A DNA stretch of 63,845 bases, the filler included, from Polymyxa betae A26-41 (lineage: Eukaryota > Protista > Endomyxa: Phytomyxea), in NCBI GenBank assembly GCA_003693705.1. It is 8 parts of 8 records of this genome, joined end to end, with 100 filler letters (N's around TTAATTAATTAA, not from the genome) between each part and the next. Parts side by side here need not be neighbours in the genome. Positions count along the whole stretch, not along the records: positions 60,280 to 63,845 come from RBZT01000554.1; 7 more parts are not named here. One strand, given 5' to 3'. Below the pieces are notes generated by a model. That model was not told the DNA's origin. It worked only from the letters and a program-made list of their open reading frames with translations, and did not search any database. Below are positions 60,280-63,845 of the stretch, one piece after another. Each line of letters begins with the position of its first letter. Positions within the stretch are counted from its first letter, which is position 1. Made by a program: the position numbers and the translations under genes.

Positions 60280-61506
60280 TACGATTTTACAGCACTAACT
60301 CCAACCACTATCACGTTTTAGTAGAAGTGCTATATGTGGAAGCAGAGGCTAAATTCGAACGACTTTACCACCACTCAATCATAAAGTCGATCTTCATGGT
60401 CCCTTTCGCACAACATTCTGGCATGATTCCTATAGGATTTTAGACGAATAGAATCTGCCTGCGAATCTCGCTTTGATCTCGCAATCTTCCCAAACTACGT
60501 CATATATAATGAGTAGTCACATCGTCAACTAGACATCGCACGGAAATTTTTCCTTTAATTGCCTGAATGGGACAGATTAATCCTGGCTCCTTTTGCCAAA
60601 TTGCAGCTTTTTCGTGACATGCCTGCAGTCCGTCATGATAGACCTGGTTGGTAATTCAGTTCTAAAGGCCTCAAACTTGAAAAATGTCAGCGCCACCCAT
60701 GATCAGCAGCCCTCACTTTGGCAGCGTCCTAGAAATTGAAGTTGGCGATAGCGGTATCGACCACGAGACCACTGGGAATGACGACATCGATAAGGACAAT
60801 GATATCGATTTGAACATTGACCTGTCATCAAGCGACCATGAATCCGTATCTGCAAGTTTTCACAATTTGGAGTGGAGGCCCAGCAACAATACTTTCGCAT
60901 TGGATAGTGGCAAGGATTCTGAGCACACATTGACCAAGACTTTTGTGGCTTTAACGATCCGAACGGCCAACCTAGATAAAGTTCTCAGCAACACCCATCT
61001 ACTTGGAGGCTGCAAGATGCCCTAACAAAACAAAAAAAAATCTGCCGAAATACCGTAGAAAGAGAATGGCCCTGTTCTCAGGAAATTTGTCAGCGTGTTA
61101 TTTAGATAAAACCAGTTTATGAATGTGCTGGGTGACATTCTTGCGACCCTTACTGTAATCACTGAAGTGTCGTTGCATGTATATATTGACATCAGCGTGC
61201 TTATTAGCATCGTTTTAAGGGTAAGAAATTTTAGCACCACGACTGTCATCTGAAAGCGCCAAATACGAACTAGATTCATCATTTGGATCAGAAGAGGTCA
61301 TTGAAACAAGCTCTTCGTGCAGCTGACAATAACCAAAACTGTTTCGCCCACCATTTTCAGGTCTCAAGATTATTTGACCCACCTTTTCCAAAGTCCGCAA
61401 CTGCAGCGCAGCCGACTGTTTGCTCGAACCGGTTCACCCTACTGTACTTGCGCAGCCCGCCGTGACAAGCGCAGCCCACCATACAATTGTCGGGAGGCTG
61501 CGCTCA

Positions 61507-61640
61507 GCCTGTCTACCTAGGGTTTTTGCGGCAGTGTCAAGCCTGTCTACCTAATTCTGTAGCCCACCATTAAAAAGGTAGACAGGAGGAGGTAGACACC
61601 CGCCCATTTCTCTGCCTGTCTACCTTTTGCCTGTCTACTT
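61507..61640. repeat. Cluster of six GCCTGTCTACCT-type motifs in both orientations (probable DNA-transposon terminus)
   Basis: Forward at 61507, 61541, 61614 and 61629; reverse (AGGTAGACA) at 61576 and 61590. Confidence 0.75.
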
Positions 61641-62071
61641 TTTTCAAGTGTACCACTATTAATTGCACGCCGAGCCTACAGGCTCGCGAGCCTAGAAGAG
61701 TGAACCGTGCTCGAACTGTCGACGATGTGTTTATTGGATTGATTTGCAGTTGCGTTGTACTAGTTGAAAATATTGATTGAGATGAACCTTCTGTCCCGAC
61801 GCTTCCACTTGCCACACTTCATTGGTGAACTCTTATTGATTTATTCAGAGACTATATATGCTCTTGGTATGCTGGAGTGCTTACACAAATGACGCAATAC
61901 CTTTCTTGATGCGAAAAATAATCAATGGTAGTGGACGAGCCAATAGGGTCTTGGAAGTTGAAGTGTCCAGCCTATACAACGCTGATTGCCGCTGGTATGG
62001 GAACTGACCTCCTTTCTACGCATTTCGCAACGTCCTTGTCTCCGTGAGCCCGGCAGTTTTATCGTGTCTTC

Positions 62072-62980
62072 ATGACCTCCAAAACAACTGCAGTCAAGCT
62101 GCGGGTCCTGGCGCTGCACGGCGGTATGAGCTGCGCCAAGAAGTTCAAATCCGGGACCATGAAGAATCTCGTGCGAAAAACCGCAGATATTGCCGAGTAT
62201 GAGTTCCTGGATGCTCCGTTTCTGGCCCGATGTCCGATCTTTGAAGAGGGCAAAATTGTTGGATATTCCTCCGACGAGCTCTGTGAGAAGAAACGAACTT
62301 GGTGGGGGTGGAACTCGCTCGACCGAGACGACGATCGGTATGCGGTTGCTGGTCATGAACAAGAAGGCATCGTGTATCAGCGTATGGAACAATCATTGGA
62401 AGCTCTGTGGAAGCTCTGGCAGCACGACAGCTTTGACGGGATTCTCGGCTTCAGTCAAGGGGCGATTACGGCGTCAATATTTGTCGATTGGATGGCGCGT
62501 ACGAAGCCACGAGACTCTGTGCCTCCCAAGTTTCTAATTCTCGTGTCGGCATTTTTGAAGCCTTTGCCATTAAATTTTCCAGAGTATTGGATTCGAGAAC
62601 AAGATCAAGAGCTGCTCGGAGAGCTCCAGAAACGTCCGCTGGATTCAGCGATTATTGAACAATTTCAAGCGGGAAACTTTCATGGATTTGATCCGACCGA
62701 TGCAGAGGACGTCCAAGTATGGAGAAAGATTTATGGAATGGAGCACGAACCGATTAAGGCTGGCGATTTTGTCGCGACCAAGAGCAGCATTAGTAGGATT
62801 CCGTCTTTGCATATCTATGGAAAGGGCGATTCGATCATGCCGAATTGTCGATCGCTGGCATTGGCCATGCGTTATGAACACGCTCAAGTGTATCAACATG
62901 AAAACAAACGGCCCCATGATGTACCAAATGATCTGGAAGGTATTGCAGTGATTCGAACTTTTATAGAAAACTTCTTGTAG
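62072..62980 (+). CDS. FSH1/OVCA2-family serine hydrolase, intronless
   Basis: LRVLALHG, FLDAP, FDGILGFSQGA (nucleophile elbow), PSLHIYGKGD, C-terminal HDVP. Confidence 0.92.
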   Translation: MTSKTTAVKLRVLALHGGMSCAKKFKSGTMKNLVRKTADIAEYEFLDAPFLARCPIFEEGKIVGYSSDELCEKKRTWWGWNSLDRDDDRYAVAGHEQEGIVYQRMEQSLEALWKLWQHDSFDGILGFSQGAITASIFVDWMARTKPRDSVPPKFLILVSAFLKPLPLNFPEYWIREQDQELLGELQKRPLDSAIIEQFQAGNFHGFDPTDAEDVQVWRKIYGMEHEPIKAGDFVATKSSISRIPSLHIYGKGDSIMPNCRSLALAMRYEHAQVYQHENKRPHDVPNDLEGIAVIRTFIENFL

Positions 62981-63536
62981 AGGGCGATATTGCGGCACAA
63001 ACAATTGATAATACGAACCAAGGGTCTTTCATATCAGTGGCTCCGCCAAATCGACTTCTATGAGTACAGCTTCTAGCACGATTTATCTGGCTTTGGATTT
63101 GTCTACCTTTACATGCAATACGTCGCTTGTTTCTGCTTCGGATCATAACGTAGGTAACGATAAATAAGCCAAAAGCAACGATCGGGATGATGGAAGCCAC
63201 GGTTGCTGTCGTCGACGAATTGCACTCGTGGCTGTTTGCGCAAACTCATTGCACTGGTGCTGGTCTGCGATGGATCAGGGTTAGGGTTAGGGTTTTTCAG
63301 TCGACGGGTTCTGGATGTAGTTGGCGGACGATTGCACTGACGATCTGTTCGGCTTTGTCGCTGTGGATGAGCGCCTCGTTCTCCTTGTTGGTGTTCGTCT
63401 TTTCGTCGATGATTTCGCCGATGGCTTCGTTGTTCTTGTCGTCTTCTTCAACTAGCTGGGGTCGAATCAAGAGACTGTCGACTTCATCAACGAGTAGAGG
63501 AGGATTTGCTGAACAATTAGCGCTCAAGGACATCAT
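62961..63536 (-). pseudogene. Possible disrupted single-pass membrane protein
   Basis: Acidic ORF 63297-63536 and downstream TM + basic tail IIPIVAFGLFIVTYVMIRSRNKRR are separated by stops and a (CCCTAA)n tract. Confidence 0.3.
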
Positions 63537-63845
63537 CGTGGATTATTAAAACAATTGGCCACCTTAGAATCCTGTTGGTCGTCCGCAAGTCGGCAAAGGT
63601 CCTCCGCAAGTCAGACAACCCTAACCCTAACGGTTATGGGGTCAATTTGAAGTTTTATGGCGTTTTTATTAAAAACTTTGGGTATGGTATTTTTCATCTC
63701 GTAGGGAGAAATGTATTATGAATTAATTATGCACGAAAAGTAACGAAGAGGACAAGAGGTCCGACAAGCCATCAGTCACAGTGTCTAACGCGGAGTGCGC
63801 AGCTGTCGTTTTTCCCGGAGTGACATATCTTGTGGTTTCAGGTCA

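Overview
This is eukaryotic DNA, not a prokaryotic locus. Evidence: many ~45-55 nt GT-AG introns, very short intergenic spacers, an axonemal dynein intermediate chain, and a Pol III tRNA. Gene style and a flagellar gene suggest a compact zoosporic protist, possibly a plasmodiophorid such as Spongospora or Plasmodiophora; that is inference only. The window is eight contigs joined by seven artificial 100-nt N44-TTAATTAATTAA-N44 linkers, so adjacency across linkers is not evidence of linkage. One contig (4238-16851) is dense in housekeeping genes: a PhyH-type 2OG-Fe(II) dioxygenase with a PHD finger inserted between its catalytic residues, DNAI2, LSG1, RMP1/NEPRO, an NCOA5-like gene, a short divergent VPS35L-like gene and a Zn alcohol dehydrogenase. 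The other contigs are rich in transposons: Ty3/Gypsy chromovirus ends and gag-protease, MULE, hAT, a Tc1/IS630-like fragment and a CryptonF tyrosine recombinase. They also hold decayed effector-like genes (signal peptide, F-box, ankyrin), an HSF gene with an in-frame TAG, an RRM-containing Cid1/GLD-2 family nucleotidyltransferase, RMT2, tRNA-Leu(CAA) and an FSH1-type serine hydrolase. The best candidates for novelty are the PHD-inserted dioxygenase (possible non-JmjC chromatin oxygenase), the secreted F-box/ankyrin family, the CryptonF element and the nucleotidyltransferase with an atypical nucleotide-recognition loop. All homology calls are from motif recognition; no database searches were run.
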